Source: Candidatus Uhrbacteria bacterium (GTDB lineage: Bacteria > Patescibacteriota > Patescibacteriia > UBA9934 > GWF2-40-263). From it: 64,000 bases of DNA. The notes below the pieces were generated by a model. The model did no database searches. It had not been told where the DNA came from and saw only the letters and a program-made list of their open reading frames with translations. Where the stretch lies: NCBI GenBank assembly GCA_016188425.1, contig JACPHX010000020.1, forward strand, positions 1,821 to 65,820. Direction: 5' to 3'. Both the position numbers and the translations under genes were made by a program. Shown here one piece after another: positions 36,660 to 45,558 of this stretch (the first letter of the stretch is position 1; each line of letters opens with the position of its first letter).

Positions 36660-37943
36660 ATGAAAAAGTTCGTCCAGTCCCTGTTGGCTCGCAAGGCCCG
36701 GTCGGTGATCCGACGTTTCCATCCGTCCGTCGTTATCATTACCGGCTCGGTCGGCAAGACCTCCACACGCGCCGCGATCGCCGCCGTGCTTTCGACGAAA
36801 TTTCGCGTCCGCACCAATGCGGAAAATTACAATAACGAGTTCGGCGTGCCGCTTACGATTTTGGGTGAGCCTTCGCCGGGGCGGTCGGCGTTGGGTTGGC
36901 TGCGTATTTTTTTGAAACCTGTAAAGGATTATCCAAACATGCTCGTCCTTGAGTATGGCGCAGACCAGCCGGGCGACTTGGAATATTTGTGCGACATCGC
37001 CGCCCCGGATGTCGCCGTGCTGACGGCGGTCTCTCCCGTGCACGCCGAGCATTTCAAAGACATCGATGAGCTCGCGCAAGAGAAGGCAACCGTCTTGCGT
37101 CGCTGCAACCCCGAGGGATTGTGCATCCTCAATAAGGACGATGAGCGGGTGATGGCCTTGAAAGCGGAAGCAGCGGCACCGGTTCAGACGTATGGGTTCG
37201 ACCAAACGGCGGATACGCACGCGGAGGGGGTCGAGCAGCATATCCGCGAGGACAATTCGTTCGAGCCCCGGGAGGTTTTTTCGACCCTGTCGTTTGACCT
37301 TGTGTACGGGCAGACGCGCATCGCCGCGGATATTCCCAACCGTTTGGGCCGCCCTCCGATTTCCGCGGCGCTGGCTGCGGCCGCCGTCGGTGAACATTTT
37401 GGCGTGGCTCCAGAACAGATGGTAAAACAATTTGCCGACATCCCCATGATCCCAGGGCGGATGAACCCTATCGGCGGCATCAAAGGAAGCTTGCTTCTGG
37501 ATGACAGCTACAATGCCGCCCCCGCCTCCGTTTCCTCGGCGCTTGATGTGCTCGCGGGTTTCCGACCGTTTGAAGGATCGCGCCGCATCGCGGCTTTGGG
37601 GCCCATGGCGGAGCTTGGCGCGTATAGCGAAGAGGAGCACCGCAAGATCGGGGAGAAGGCGGCGCGGCTCGGCATCGATATTTTGGTTACGGTCGGCCCG
37701 GAAACAGCCATGACCGAATTCGCGGCGAAGGAAGCGGGGATGAAGGAAGAACAGACCGCGCATTTCGGAAACGCAAAAGAGGCGGGGCGTTGGCTCGACC
37801 ACGAGGTGAAGAAAGGGGACATAGTCCTCATCAAAGGATCACAAAGCGCCCGTATGGAAAAAGTGGTGCGCGAGCTCATGGCCGAACCGTTGCGCGCGCC
37901 AGACCTGCTGGTGAGGCAATACGGGAAGTGGTTGGACAATTAA
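36660..37943 (+). CDS. murF: Mur ligase family protein, MurF-like but lacking the usual N-terminal domain
   Basis: Begins almost directly at the P-loop VVIITGSVGKTSTRAA (MurF: ITGSnGKTTT). It sits after ftsI in dcw-like order and has Mur ligase central and C domains. Confidence 0.6.
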   Translation: MKKFVQSLLARKARSVIRRFHPSVVIITGSVGKTSTRAAIAAVLSTKFRVRTNAENYNNEFGVPLTILGEPSPGRSALGWLRIFLKPVKDYPNMLVLEYGADQPGDLEYLCDIAAPDVAVLTAVSPVHAEHFKDIDELAQEKATVLRRCNPEGLCILNKDDERVMALKAEAAAPVQTYGFDQTADTHAEGVEQHIREDNSFEPREVFSTLSFDLVYGQTRIAADIPNRLGRPPISAALAAAAVGEHFGVAPEQMVKQFADIPMIPGRMNPIGGIKGSLLLDDSYNAAPASVSSALDVLAGFRPFEGSRRIAALGPMAELGAYSEEEHRKIGEKAARLGIDILVTVGPETAMTEFAAKEAGMKEEQTAHFGNAKEAGRWLDHEVKKGDIVLIKGSQSARMEKVVRELMAEPLRAPDLLVRQYGKWLDN

Positions 37944-38251
37944 AAAGAACGTCGCGTCGGCGATCGTTGTGAGGAGGGGGACATGAGTAGTCTCTCTGTT
38001 CCTTGGATGTCAATGCTTTGAGCAAGAGGGGAAGCTCTGTGAGCGTTTCGAGCACGCCAACGGCGAAAAACGTGACCGGTTCACGCCCGATACGTACGCG
38101 GAAGCATGAGTGTTCGAGAACGGAACCGACGACATTCGACGTGATCTGCTGCGAACCATCGTATCCAACCCTCAGCTGAGGGACAAGACTTTGCTCATCC
38201 AAGCGCAAAAACCGTTCGACGTTTTTATCAAACATCGAACGGTTTCTGCCT

Positions 38252-38326
38252 TGGTGACCCCACCGGGAATCGAACCCGGATCTGCACCGTGAGAGGGTGC
38301 CGTCCTAACCGTTAGACGATGGGGCC
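38252..38326 (-). tRNA. tRNA-Glu (anticodon CTC), CCA encoded
   Basis: Minus strand: GGCCCCA-T-CGTCTAACGGTTAGGACG-GCACC-CTCTCAC-GGTGC-AGATC-CGGGT-TCGATTC-CCGGT-GGGGTC... Acceptor GGCCCCA/TGGGGTC with one G-U pair; anticodon loop CTCTCAC. Confidence 0.85.
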
Positions 38327-38574
38327 GTGTTTTGAGCAATTTTTGCTTTCAACTCCTTTCTTATAATGCCAGATTTTTTTATCTGGATTTCGCGTTTTCG
38401 TGCTTCGGTAACAGTATTGTATGTTTCAATGTGGACGACTTTATACGGCCGGTATCCTTTTGTGGATCTTACATTACCAGAATTATGCTCTTTTAATCGG
38501 GCATCTATATTATGTGTCATCCCAATGTACCAGCGTCCTGTCGGGATTGAAACAAGAATATAGACCAGGTGCAT
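38305..38574 (-). CDS. small GIY-YIG nuclease-family protein
   Basis: MHLVYILVSIPTGRWYIGMTHNIDARLKEHNSG is a canonical GIY-YIG N-terminus. The ORF 3' end reads about 20 nt into the tRNA-Glu 5' region. Confidence 0.75.
   Translation of the reverse strand: MHLVYILVSIPTGRWYIGMTHNIDARLKEHNSGNVRSTKGYRPYKVVHIETYNTVTEARKREIQIKKSGIIRKELKAKIAQNTAPSSNG
38306..38329. repeat. 24-bp direct repeat, copy 1 (covers the tRNA-Glu 5' acceptor and D-arm)
   Basis: TAACCGTTAGACGATGGGGCCGTG, identical to 38626..38649. Confidence 0.8.
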
Positions 38575-38596
38575 ACGTTTACGATAGTGCCGTCCC

Positions 38597-38624
38597 CCGG
38601 CGGAGCCGGGTCCGGCTCCGCCGG
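38597..38624. repeat. 28-bp palindrome family, intergenic copy (central GGG variant)
   Basis: CCGGCGGAGCCGGGTCCGGCTCCGCCGG. Confidence 0.8.
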
Positions 38625-38625
38625 A

Positions 38626-38649
38626 TAACCGTTAGACGATGGGGCCGTG
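38626..38649. repeat. 24-bp direct repeat, copy 2 (duplicate of the tRNA-Glu 5' end)
   Basis: TAACCGTTAGACGATGGGGCCGTG; flanks the GIY-YIG gene plus the 28-bp palindrome. Confidence 0.8.
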
Positions 38650-38704
38650 GATAAATACACGGCGAAGGGTAACAAATCGTCCGCCATGTTACAATACCAT
38701 TACT

Positions 38705-40375
38705 ATGGGGGACTTGTTTCTTGAGATAGGTTCACTCGTTATTTTGGTGGCGGTGATTTCGTTTGTGGTGCAGTGGTTCCGGCAGCCGCTTATTTTGGCG
38801 TATATCATCGCGGGGATTGTGGCGGGGCCCAGTCTTCTGCATCTGGTTCGTTCCCCCGAGGCATTCGACACGTTTGCGAACATGGGGGTGGTTTTTTTGC
38901 TGTTTACGGTTGGCCTGGGCCTCAATTGGCGGAAAGTAAAAGAGGTGGGAGGGCCCTCGACGCTGATGGGGGTCGGGCAAGTGGTGTTTACCTCCCTCGT
39001 CGGATTTTGCCTTGGGAGCGCGCTTGGGTTCGATTGGCTCACCAGCGTCTACTTGGCGGTAGCTTTTTCCTTTTCCAGCACGATTATCATCATCAAGCAT
39101 CTTTCCGACAAGAATGAACTCGATTCCCTCTACGGGCGCATCAGTGTCGGTTTCCTCCTGGTGCAAGATTTCATTGCCGTGATCCTTCTCCTTCTGTTGC
39201 GCACGGTTGAAAAGGGGGCGACGGTTGCGCACATTCTTTCTTCGACCGGAGAAAAACTTCTTTTGTTTTTGGTTGGAGGAGCCCTCGCGCTCCTGATTGC
39301 CCCGCGTATCGTGGCGCGGGCGGCCCGTTCGCAGGAGTTGTTGTTCGTGTTCGCGCTCGCTTGGTGTTTCTTTTTTGTGGCGATGGGCGCGCGGGCGGGG
39401 TTTGGGATGGAGATCGGGGCGCTGGTAGCCGGGGTTTCGCTCTCGGGGACGGTGTATGCCACGGAAATAGCGGCGCGGCTGCGTCCGATCCGCGATTTTT
39501 TTCTCCTGTTGTTTTTTGTGATCTTGGGGACGCATTTGCAGTGGCAGGCGCTTCCAGGGAACTGGGTATCCACGCTCGTCTTTTCCGTGTTCGTCTTGGT
39601 GGGCAATCCGCTGCTGGCGCTCCTCGTTATGCGGCTCTTGGGCTACCATTCAAAAACAGGATGGCGCGCCGGCACCACGGTGGCGCAGATATCCGAGTTT
39701 TCTTTCCTGCTTCTGGCGGTGGGCGTATCGCTTGGGCATATAGATGCCACGAGCGTTGGGGTTGCCACCGGAGTCGCATTGCTGACGATCGGGTTTGGTT
39801 CGTACCTTATCAAATACAACGAGCAGATGTACCGCTGGTTCCGGCCTTTGTTCCATCGTATCCTCCCCTGGCCGGCCTCCCGGTGGCATGGCCGGGCGGG
39901 AAAGACGCCCGAAATATTCCTCTTGGGGTTCCATGGCGTCGGGCAGGTGTTGCTTCAGGGGCTGCATGATTTGCGCCGTTCCTATGTGATTGTAGATTTT
40001 GACCCGCATGTGGTGCGGCGGCTTATGGAACAAGGCGAACCGGTTATGTACGGGGATGCGGGCGATGAAGAATTTTTGCGGGATCAACAGATAAAAAAGG
40101 CCAAGTTCGTCCTCTCTACCATCCCCGAGAAACAGATGAGCATCGATTTGCTCTCGAGTCTTAAAGATATCGGTTTTTCCGGCGGGGTCGTGGTATCGGT
40201 ACCCGAACCAAAAGATGCGGCCGATTGTTATGCGGCGGGCGCGGATTTTGTCATCATTCCAAAGCAATTGGGGGGAGAGAAGGTCAAAGAGATCCTCGAA
40301 CATTCCAAGATTACGGCCCGCTCCTGGCGCTCGCTCGGGAAGGCGGCACAGGCATGCGGAGCCCTTGACGCCTGA
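38705..40375 (+). CDS. CPA2-family cation:proton antiporter (Kef-type) with C-terminal RCK/TrkA-N domain
   Basis: Twelve-helix membrane domain starting MGDLFLEIGSLVILVAVISFVV; C-terminal VIVDFDPHVVRRLMEQGEPVMYGDAGDEEFL (Rossmann, RCK-like). Confidence 0.8.
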   Translation: MGDLFLEIGSLVILVAVISFVVQWFRQPLILAYIIAGIVAGPSLLHLVRSPEAFDTFANMGVVFLLFTVGLGLNWRKVKEVGGPSTLMGVGQVVFTSLVGFCLGSALGFDWLTSVYLAVAFSFSSTIIIIKHLSDKNELDSLYGRISVGFLLVQDFIAVILLLLLRTVEKGATVAHILSSTGEKLLLFLVGGALALLIAPRIVARAARSQELLFVFALAWCFFFVAMGARAGFGMEIGALVAGVSLSGTVYATEIAARLRPIRDFFLLLFFVILGTHLQWQALPGNWVSTLVFSVFVLVGNPLLALLVMRLLGYHSKTGWRAGTTVAQISEFSFLLLAVGVSLGHIDATSVGVATGVALLTIGFGSYLIKYNEQMYRWFRPLFHRILPWPASRWHGRAGKTPEIFLLGFHGVGQVLLQGLHDLRRSYVIVDFDPHVVRRLMEQGEPVMYGDAGDEEFLRDQQIKKAKFVLSTIPEKQMSIDLLSSLKDIGFSGGVVVSVPEPKDAADCYAAGADFVIIPKQLGGEKVKEILEHSKITARSWRSLGKAAQACGALDA

Positions 40376-40453
40376 TCCTATGTCTGTTAGGTTTTTTCGT
40401 CCAGTATGGACTTACCCCCCCCGCAAGGGGGGTGAAGCAGAAAGGAAAAAATA

Positions 40454-41053
40454 ATGCCTACGGTCATTCCATTCCGCCTCCTTCTTCCTTCCGTCCCGCC
40501 CAAGGATTCTCAAGCGGCGGATTCACCGGGGGCAGACGTCATCCAAATGGCGGATCATCTCGGTTCCCGCCGCCGTCCGCAAGACGCGGGAGAGGAAACC
40601 GACCCAGGCGCCGTCTTGGACTTGCGCGCGTGGGCCGCCGCGCAGCAAGCGTGGATCACCGACCACGTCCACAGCGCACGCGTTGACTACTACCAAGCGG
40701 CGGCCCCAGATCACGAATGGGCCATGTACCTCTTCGGGGTATTCCAGAAAGATGACACGTTCCAAGAACGAGTCCAGGAACAGCTGGTCGGATCTAGGAT
40801 GATCCAGGTCCTCATCGATCTCGATGAACTCTCCACGGACATCGTCCTCATCGTCGGAAGCGAACTGCGCCCGAAAGATCTGGCATTCCCTGGCACCAAC
40901 CAGATTCGCATCGACACCCGCTGGGAGGCGCGATACGGGAAGAGCCATGCTCTTTTCTTCATGGAAGAGCACTATCATCTTCCGTTCAAAGCGGGTCTGT
41001 ATCTCTGCAAACCAGGCCTTCCGCCACACTTTCTTCCACCGGCGCGTCCATGA
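40454..41053 (+). CDS. hypothetical protein
   Basis: ATG preceded by AAAGGAAAAAATA; same strand as the flanking genes. The overlapping minus ORF 40523..41062 is codon-aligned antisense and cannot be excluded by composition alone. Confidence 0.45.
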   Translation: MPTVIPFRLLLPSVPPKDSQAADSPGADVIQMADHLGSRRRPQDAGEETDPGAVLDLRAWAAAQQAWITDHVHSARVDYYQAAAPDHEWAMYLFGVFQKDDTFQERVQEQLVGSRMIQVLIDLDELSTDIVLIVGSELRPKDLAFPGTNQIRIDTRWEARYGKSHALFFMEEHYHLPFKAGLYLCKPGLPPHFLPPARP

Positions 41054-41106
41054 AAAACCCACGGCGCGCTTTTTTGTTTGCGGGAAAGGCCGTATAATTT
41101 TGGCGT

Positions 41107-42036
41107 ATGCTAACTATGAATCGAGGCGAGTCTAGTTTTTTTAGAAATAGTACGCATCCTTCTTGGGAAAGCGGAATGGAGCATTCCCTTGAGCAACAGC
41201 CGTCGACGGATTGTGTCCTTCGGTTGCCGAAGGAAGGCTTATTTGGAGTCGCGGACGGGAAAGCGGGAAGCAAGGAAGCGGCGCAGGTGGTGCTCACAGA
41301 AGCGGTGGAAGGATTAGGAAACCGGTTTGACGAGACGCTGAATCGGTTGCGAGCGCGTGGTTTTTCGGACGCGCAAATCGCCGTCAGCGTTTCGATGGCT
41401 ATGAACGGGTTGTTCCAACGCGCGCATGCGGCTTTGCGCGGACAAGCGAGGGATGGGCGGCCAGTGTTGGCCACGGGGACCGTAGCAAAATTGCATGCGT
41501 TTCCAGATGGGACGAAGTATTTGTATCTTGGTCATGTCGGGGATACCCGCGCGTGGCGGTTTGTGCCGGAGGATTCGGGCGGAAGGTTGGAGCGTCTTAC
41601 CACAGACGACTCCCAACTTACGCGGTGGGTGGCGGAAGGGAAAATTACGACCGCGGAGGCGGAATCCGTCGAACAGTACCGTTCAAAAACCGAGTTGAGC
41701 GGTCCGTATGGCGCGGAATTGCCAGCGGCCGCGGGGCGTTTACACAATATCTTGGGGCATGAGCAACCATTCTCCGTGCAATTTTTGGCAGAGCCCCTTT
41801 CAGAAAAAGACATCATCATCCTGACGAATAACCGAGTGCATGGAAACATGACGCCGGATGAAATTCGTCAAATCGCTGCGCTTCCATTGAGCGATGATGC
41901 TGTGGCGAAGCAGCTGCAGAAAACCGCGGAGGAAATCGGTCGTCGAGCCCCGGGCACCCATGGCCGTGACCGGCGGATGGCGGGCGACGCGGCGGCTGTC
42001 GTGGTTCGTGTCGGTGAATGGCGCCCGCGCTCTTGA
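41107..42036 (+). CDS. PP2C-family Ser/Thr protein phosphatase
   Basis: LFGVADGKAGSKEAAQVV (PPM motif 1), LYLGHVGDTRAW, IIILTNNRVHGNM. Confidence 0.65.
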   Translation: MLTMNRGESSFFRNSTHPSWESGMEHSLEQQPSTDCVLRLPKEGLFGVADGKAGSKEAAQVVLTEAVEGLGNRFDETLNRLRARGFSDAQIAVSVSMAMNGLFQRAHAALRGQARDGRPVLATGTVAKLHAFPDGTKYLYLGHVGDTRAWRFVPEDSGGRLERLTTDDSQLTRWVAEGKITTAEAESVEQYRSKTELSGPYGAELPAAAGRLHNILGHEQPFSVQFLAEPLSEKDIIILTNNRVHGNMTPDEIRQIAALPLSDDAVAKQLQKTAEEIGRRAPGTHGRDRRMAGDAAAVVVRVGEWRPRS

Positions 42037-42046
42037 CTACCTGTAG

Positions 42047-42073
42047 TTAGCACTCTAAAATTGCGAGTGCTAA
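42047..42073 (+). promoter_or_regulatory. CIRCE operator (HrcA binding site) overlapping the TTGACT-17-TAAAAT promoter
   Basis: TTAGCACTC-taaaattgc-GAGTGCTAA perfect inverted repeat, 2 nt before the hrcA ATG. -35 TTGACT at about 42033..42038; -10 TAAAAT at 42056..42061. Confidence 0.85.
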
Positions 42074-42074
42074 T

Positions 42075-42785
42075 ATGCAGACCCAAGACAGACAATCAAA
42101 AGTCCTTCAGCACCTGGTTGAGCTCTATATAGAGGAAGCGGAACCCGTGGGCTCCCATACCCTCGTGGATCGGTTTGCGCTCCCTGTCTCTTCGGCCACC
42201 ATCCGCAACGACATGGCTTTGTTAGAGCGCGACGGCTTTATTACTCATCCGCATACGTCTTCTGGACGCATTCCGACCGCCAAAGGGTACCGCGCGTATC
42301 TCGCCCAAGGCGTCCGTCCTTCGAAACAAGGAAAGGCGAAGGCGGCATTTGAAGCCGTTGTTTGCGCGACCGAGGAAGAGGAAGCGGTGCTCAAAGGGCT
42401 CGCAAAAGCCCTTGCGGCGCTCTCGGGAGAGACCGTGCTGGTTGCCTTCGACCAACATTCGAGTTATTACACCGGGGTCTCCTACTTGTTGCGCAAGCCG
42501 GATTTTGCGGATATGCCTTCGCTCTATGGCATTGGCGACCTTGTCGACCAGTTCGATGAAGTAATCCCCTCGGTCTTCTCTGACGTGTCTGATGAAGTGA
42601 TGATCCGGGTCGGCGAAGAAAATCCGTTCGGGGAAGGCATGAGCACCTTGCTTGTCCGCTACTCGTTCCATGGAGTTCCGCACGGCCTCCTTGGTCTCTT
42701 GGGCCCGATGCGGATGGATTATGCGCGCAACCTGGGGCTCATGCAGGCCGCGACCGAGTCCCTTTCTTTCTTTTCGTATGACTGA
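42075..42785 (+). CDS. hrcA: heat-inducible transcription repressor HrcA (short form)
   Basis: N-terminal wHTH: QSKVLQHLVELYIEEAEPVGSHTLVDRFALPVSSATIRNDMALLERDGFITHPHTSSGRIPT. Confidence 0.9.
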   Translation: MQTQDRQSKVLQHLVELYIEEAEPVGSHTLVDRFALPVSSATIRNDMALLERDGFITHPHTSSGRIPTAKGYRAYLAQGVRPSKQGKAKAAFEAVVCATEEEEAVLKGLAKALAALSGETVLVAFDQHSSYYTGVSYLLRKPDFADMPSLYGIGDLVDQFDEVIPSVFSDVSDEVMIRVGEENPFGEGMSTLLVRYSFHGVPHGLLGLLGPMRMDYARNLGLMQAATESLSFFSYD

Positions 42786-43263
42786 AGAACAACAACCAGA
42801 GGAAACAGCATCGACGGACGCTGCCAAGTGCGAGGAGTACAAGGCAGGATGGAAACGTGCGCTCGCGGATTACGACAACTTGCGTAAAGACCTCGCGCGC
42901 GAGCGGATGGTGATCCGCGAGCAGACGACGTCCCGACTGTGCGAATCTTTCCTCTCCGTTCTTGAACATTTCGACCAGGCATTGTCGCATCAGCCCAAGG
43001 ACATGCCGGCTGTGGCGTCAGGGTGGGCGCAAGGCGTCCTGCATGTGCGTATAGAACTCGAGAATGCGCTCCGAGAGCTCGGCGTCGAGCCGTTTGGAAC
43101 GGTCGGGGAAGCGTTTGATCCGCGTCGACATGAAGCGGTTTCGGAACGGGTTGAGGGGGAAAAAGAAAACAACACGGTTATTGAAGTGATCGGAAGGGGA
43201 TTTGCCCTCGGAGAACGGGTGTTGCGCCCGGCGCGCGTCATCGTTTCGAAACGCGCGGAGTAA
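42778..43263 (+). CDS. grpE: nucleotide exchange factor GrpE
   Basis: The ATG overlaps the hrcA stop. EYKAGWKRALADYDNLRKDLARERM...VIEVIGRGFALGERVLRPARV is a GrpE signature. Confidence 0.85.
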   Translation: MTEEQQPEETASTDAAKCEEYKAGWKRALADYDNLRKDLARERMVIREQTTSRLCESFLSVLEHFDQALSHQPKDMPAVASGWAQGVLHVRIELENALRELGVEPFGTVGEAFDPRRHEAVSERVEGEKENNTVIEVIGRGFALGERVLRPARVIVSKRAE

Positions 43264-43287
43264 AGAACGAATTTTACAAAAAATACT

Positions 43288-45207
43288 ATGGCAAAAATTC
43301 TTGGGATCGATTTGGGAACGACGAATTCTTGTGTCGCGATCATTGAAGGAGGGAAACCAAAAGTGCTTGATAACAGCGAAGGGTATCGCACCACACCTTC
43401 GATCATTGCGACGTCCAAGACAGGCGAGCGTTTGGTTGGGCTTCCTGCCAAACGCCAGTCGGTGACGAATCCGACGAACACCTTGTACTCTATCAAGCGC
43501 CTGATAGGCCGCCGCTTTACCGATGCCGAAGTGCAGCGTGATTTGGCGGTGTTCCCGTTTAAGATCCAGAAGCGCGGTGAAGGCGTCGAAGTACTCATGG
43601 GAGGAAAGGCATACACGCCGGAGGAAATTTCTGCGATGGTTTTGCAAAAGATCAAGAGTGATGCGGAAGCGCGTTTGGGCGAGTCGGTGACGGAAGCGGT
43701 CATCACCGTCCCTGCGTATTTCGACGACGCGCAGCGCCAGGCCACGAAGGTTGCAGGCGAGATCGCTGGCCTCACTGTGAAGCGCATCATCAACGAGCCG
43801 ACGGCGGCGGCGCTGGCGTATGGGTTTGACCAGAAGAAAGGCCAGCAAGTGCTCGTCTACGATTTGGGGGGCGGGACGTTCGACGTCTCTGTCCTCGATT
43901 TGTCCGCGGATACCGTTGAGGTGAAAGCCACCAACGGCGACACGCATTTGGGCGGCGACGATTTCGACCGCGTCGTCATCGACTGGATCGTCACCGAGTT
44001 CAAGAAAGCGGAAGGAATCGATCTTTCGAAAGATCCGCTCGCGATGCAGCGCATCAAAGACGCCGCCGAAAAGGCGAAGATCGAACTCTCCACCGCCGCC
44101 CAGACCGAAATCAACCAGCCCTTCATCACTTCCGATGCCAACGGCCCGAAGCACCTCGTCGTCCCTTTCACGCGTTCCCAGCTCGAATCATTGTGCCTTC
44201 CCCTCGCGGAGCGGACGATGGAGCCCGTGCGCCAAGCGCTCGCGGACGCGAAGATGGAGAAAAACGCCATCCACGAAATCATCATGGTCGGCGGCATGAC
44301 GCGCATGCCTCTCGTGCAGAAGAAGGTTGAGGAATTCTTCGGAAAGAAACCCAACCTATCGATCAATCCCGACGAAGTCGTTGCCCTGGGCGCCGCGGTA
44401 CAAGCCGGCGTCCTCCAAGGAGAGGTGAAAGACGTCCTCCTTTTGGATGTCACGCCTTTGTCGCTGGGCATCGAAACGTTGGGCGGAGTGATGACCGCGC
44501 TCATCGAACGCAACACGACGATTCCGACTTCCAAAGGCCAGACTTTCTCGACCGCCGCGGACAACCAGAATACGGTGGAGATCCACGTCCTCCAAGGCGA
44601 GCGGCCGATGGCCGCGGATAACAAGACTTTGGGACGCTTCGCGCTCTCGGGCATCCCCCCGGCTCCTCGCGGCGTTCCGCAAGTCGAGGTAAAATTCGAC
44701 ATCGACGCCAATGGGATCCTGAACGTCTCGGCCACCGACAAAGCATCGGGCCAGGCGCAGAGCATCCAGATCAAAGCGTCCACAGGTCTCTCCAAGGAAG
44801 ACATCGAGCGGATGAAAATGGAAGCGGAGCAACACGCGACGGAGGATACGAAGAAGCGTGAGCTTATCGAAGCACGCAACCTGGCGGAGCAGATGGTGTA
44901 CACCTCCGAGAAGATGCTCAAGGACAATGAGGCGAAGGTTTCGGCGGAAGATAAGAAGGCCGTGGAAGAGAAGATTGCCGCGATGCGCTCGGTCAAAGAT
45001 GCGGATGATCTGGACGCGATCAAGAAGGCGGGAGACGAGCTGACGGATATCGCGCAGAAGGTGGGGGGCAAGCTCTATCAATCGGGGCAGGCGCAAGGGG
45101 CGCAGGGGGCGTCCGGCGAAGCCGGATCCGGCTTCGCCGGACAAGGGGGAGGCGACGAACCGAAGACGGAGGGGGCACAGGATGCGAATTTTACGGAGAA
45201 GAAGTAA
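43288..45207 (+). CDS. dnaK: molecular chaperone DnaK (Hsp70); C-terminal tail contains a 28-bp palindrome copy
   Basis: [17 protein letters not shown]...[10 protein letters not shown]... full Hsp70. The tail ...[18 protein letters not shown] is read from the palindrome at 45113..45140. Confidence 0.95.
   Translation: MAKILGIDLGTTNSCVAIIEGGKPKVLDNSEGYRTTPSIIATSKTGERLVGLPAKRQSVTNPTNTLYSIKRLIGRRFTDAEVQRDLAVFPFKIQKRGEGVEVLMGGKAYTPEEISAMVLQKIKSDAEARLGESVTEAVITVPAYFDDAQRQATKVAGEIAGLTVKRIINEPTAAALAYGFDQKKGQQVLVYDLGGGTFDVSVLDLSADTVEVKATNGDTHLGGDDFDRVVIDWIVTEFKKAEGIDLSKDPLAMQRIKDAAEKAKIELSTAAQTEINQPFITSDANGPKHLVVPFTRSQLESLCLPLAERTMEPVRQALADAKMEKNAIHEIIMVGGMTRMPLVQKKVEEFFGKKPNLSINPDEVVALGAAVQAGVLQGEVKDVLLLDVTPLSLGIETLGGVMTALIERNTTIPTSKGQTFSTAADNQNTVEIHVLQGERPMAADNKTLGRFALSGIPPAPRGVPQVEVKFDIDANGILNVSATDKASGQAQSIQIKASTGLSKEDIERMKMEAEQHATEDTKKRELIEARNLAEQMVYTSEKMLKDNEAKVSAEDKKAVEEKIAAMRSVKDADDLDAIKKAGDELTDIAQKVGGKLYQSGQAQGAQGASGEAGSGFAGQGGGDEPKTEGAQDANFTEKK
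45113..45140. repeat. 28-bp palindrome family, copy in the dnaK tail (GAAGCC variant)
   Basis: CCGGCGAAGCCGGATCCGGCTTCGCCGG, in frame, encoding [10 protein letters not shown]. Confidence 0.7.
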
Positions 45208-45210
45208 GCA

Positions 45211-45306
45211 CGGGGCGGTTAAGAGGGGTTAAGGGTGATTAGGGGCGGTTTTCGGACCGTCCAGAATAGTCCTCTTAACCCCACCTAACCCCCCTTAACC
45301 GCCCCT
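45211..45306. repeat. structured inverted element, GTTAAGGG-unit variant
   Basis: GGGGCGGTTAAGAGGGGTTAAGGGTGATTAGGGGCGG ... CCTCTTAACCCCACCTAACCCCCCTTAACCGCCCC. Confidence 0.6.
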
Positions 45307-45320
45307 TTGTTCCATTTCAT

Positions 45321-45554
45321 ATGAATACTCCTCACGCCGCACAATCTCTGGAAGACACGCTGACCGTCTGGCTCGGGGAGCATGAGGGGTGTATTAAGGT
45401 TGGAACATTGAAGCCGTTGCCCCCGCCCAAGGAATGCTCTGGTTTTGTGCACAATGCCTATTTGATCGGTCAGCTTCACATCATCACCGTGGTTATCATT
45501 ATAGGTTTTCTCCTCCTTATGGCGGGCATTATCGCCAATGCTTTGAAACGGTAA
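45321..45554 (+). CDS. small hypothetical membrane protein
   Basis: 77-aa ORF with a C-terminal hydrophobic helix IITVVIIIGFLLLMAGIIANAL, between dnaK and dnaJ. Confidence 0.25.
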   Translation: MNTPHAAQSLEDTLTVWLGEHEGCIKVGTLKPLPPPKECSGFVHNAYLIGQLHIITVVIIIGFLLLMAGIIANALKR

Positions 45555-45558
45555 CGCT

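Noticed and set aside
37876-38235. 119-aa minus ORF between murF and tRNA-Glu
   Set aside because: Overlaps the murF 3' end by ~70 nt, has no motif and is weakly protein-like; left uncalled.
40523-41062. 179-aa minus ORF codon-aligned with the plus gene 40454..41053
   Set aside because: Kept the plus call because of its RBS-like AAAGGA context, ATG start and co-orientation with flanking genes. The ambiguity remains and is reflected in the low confidence.
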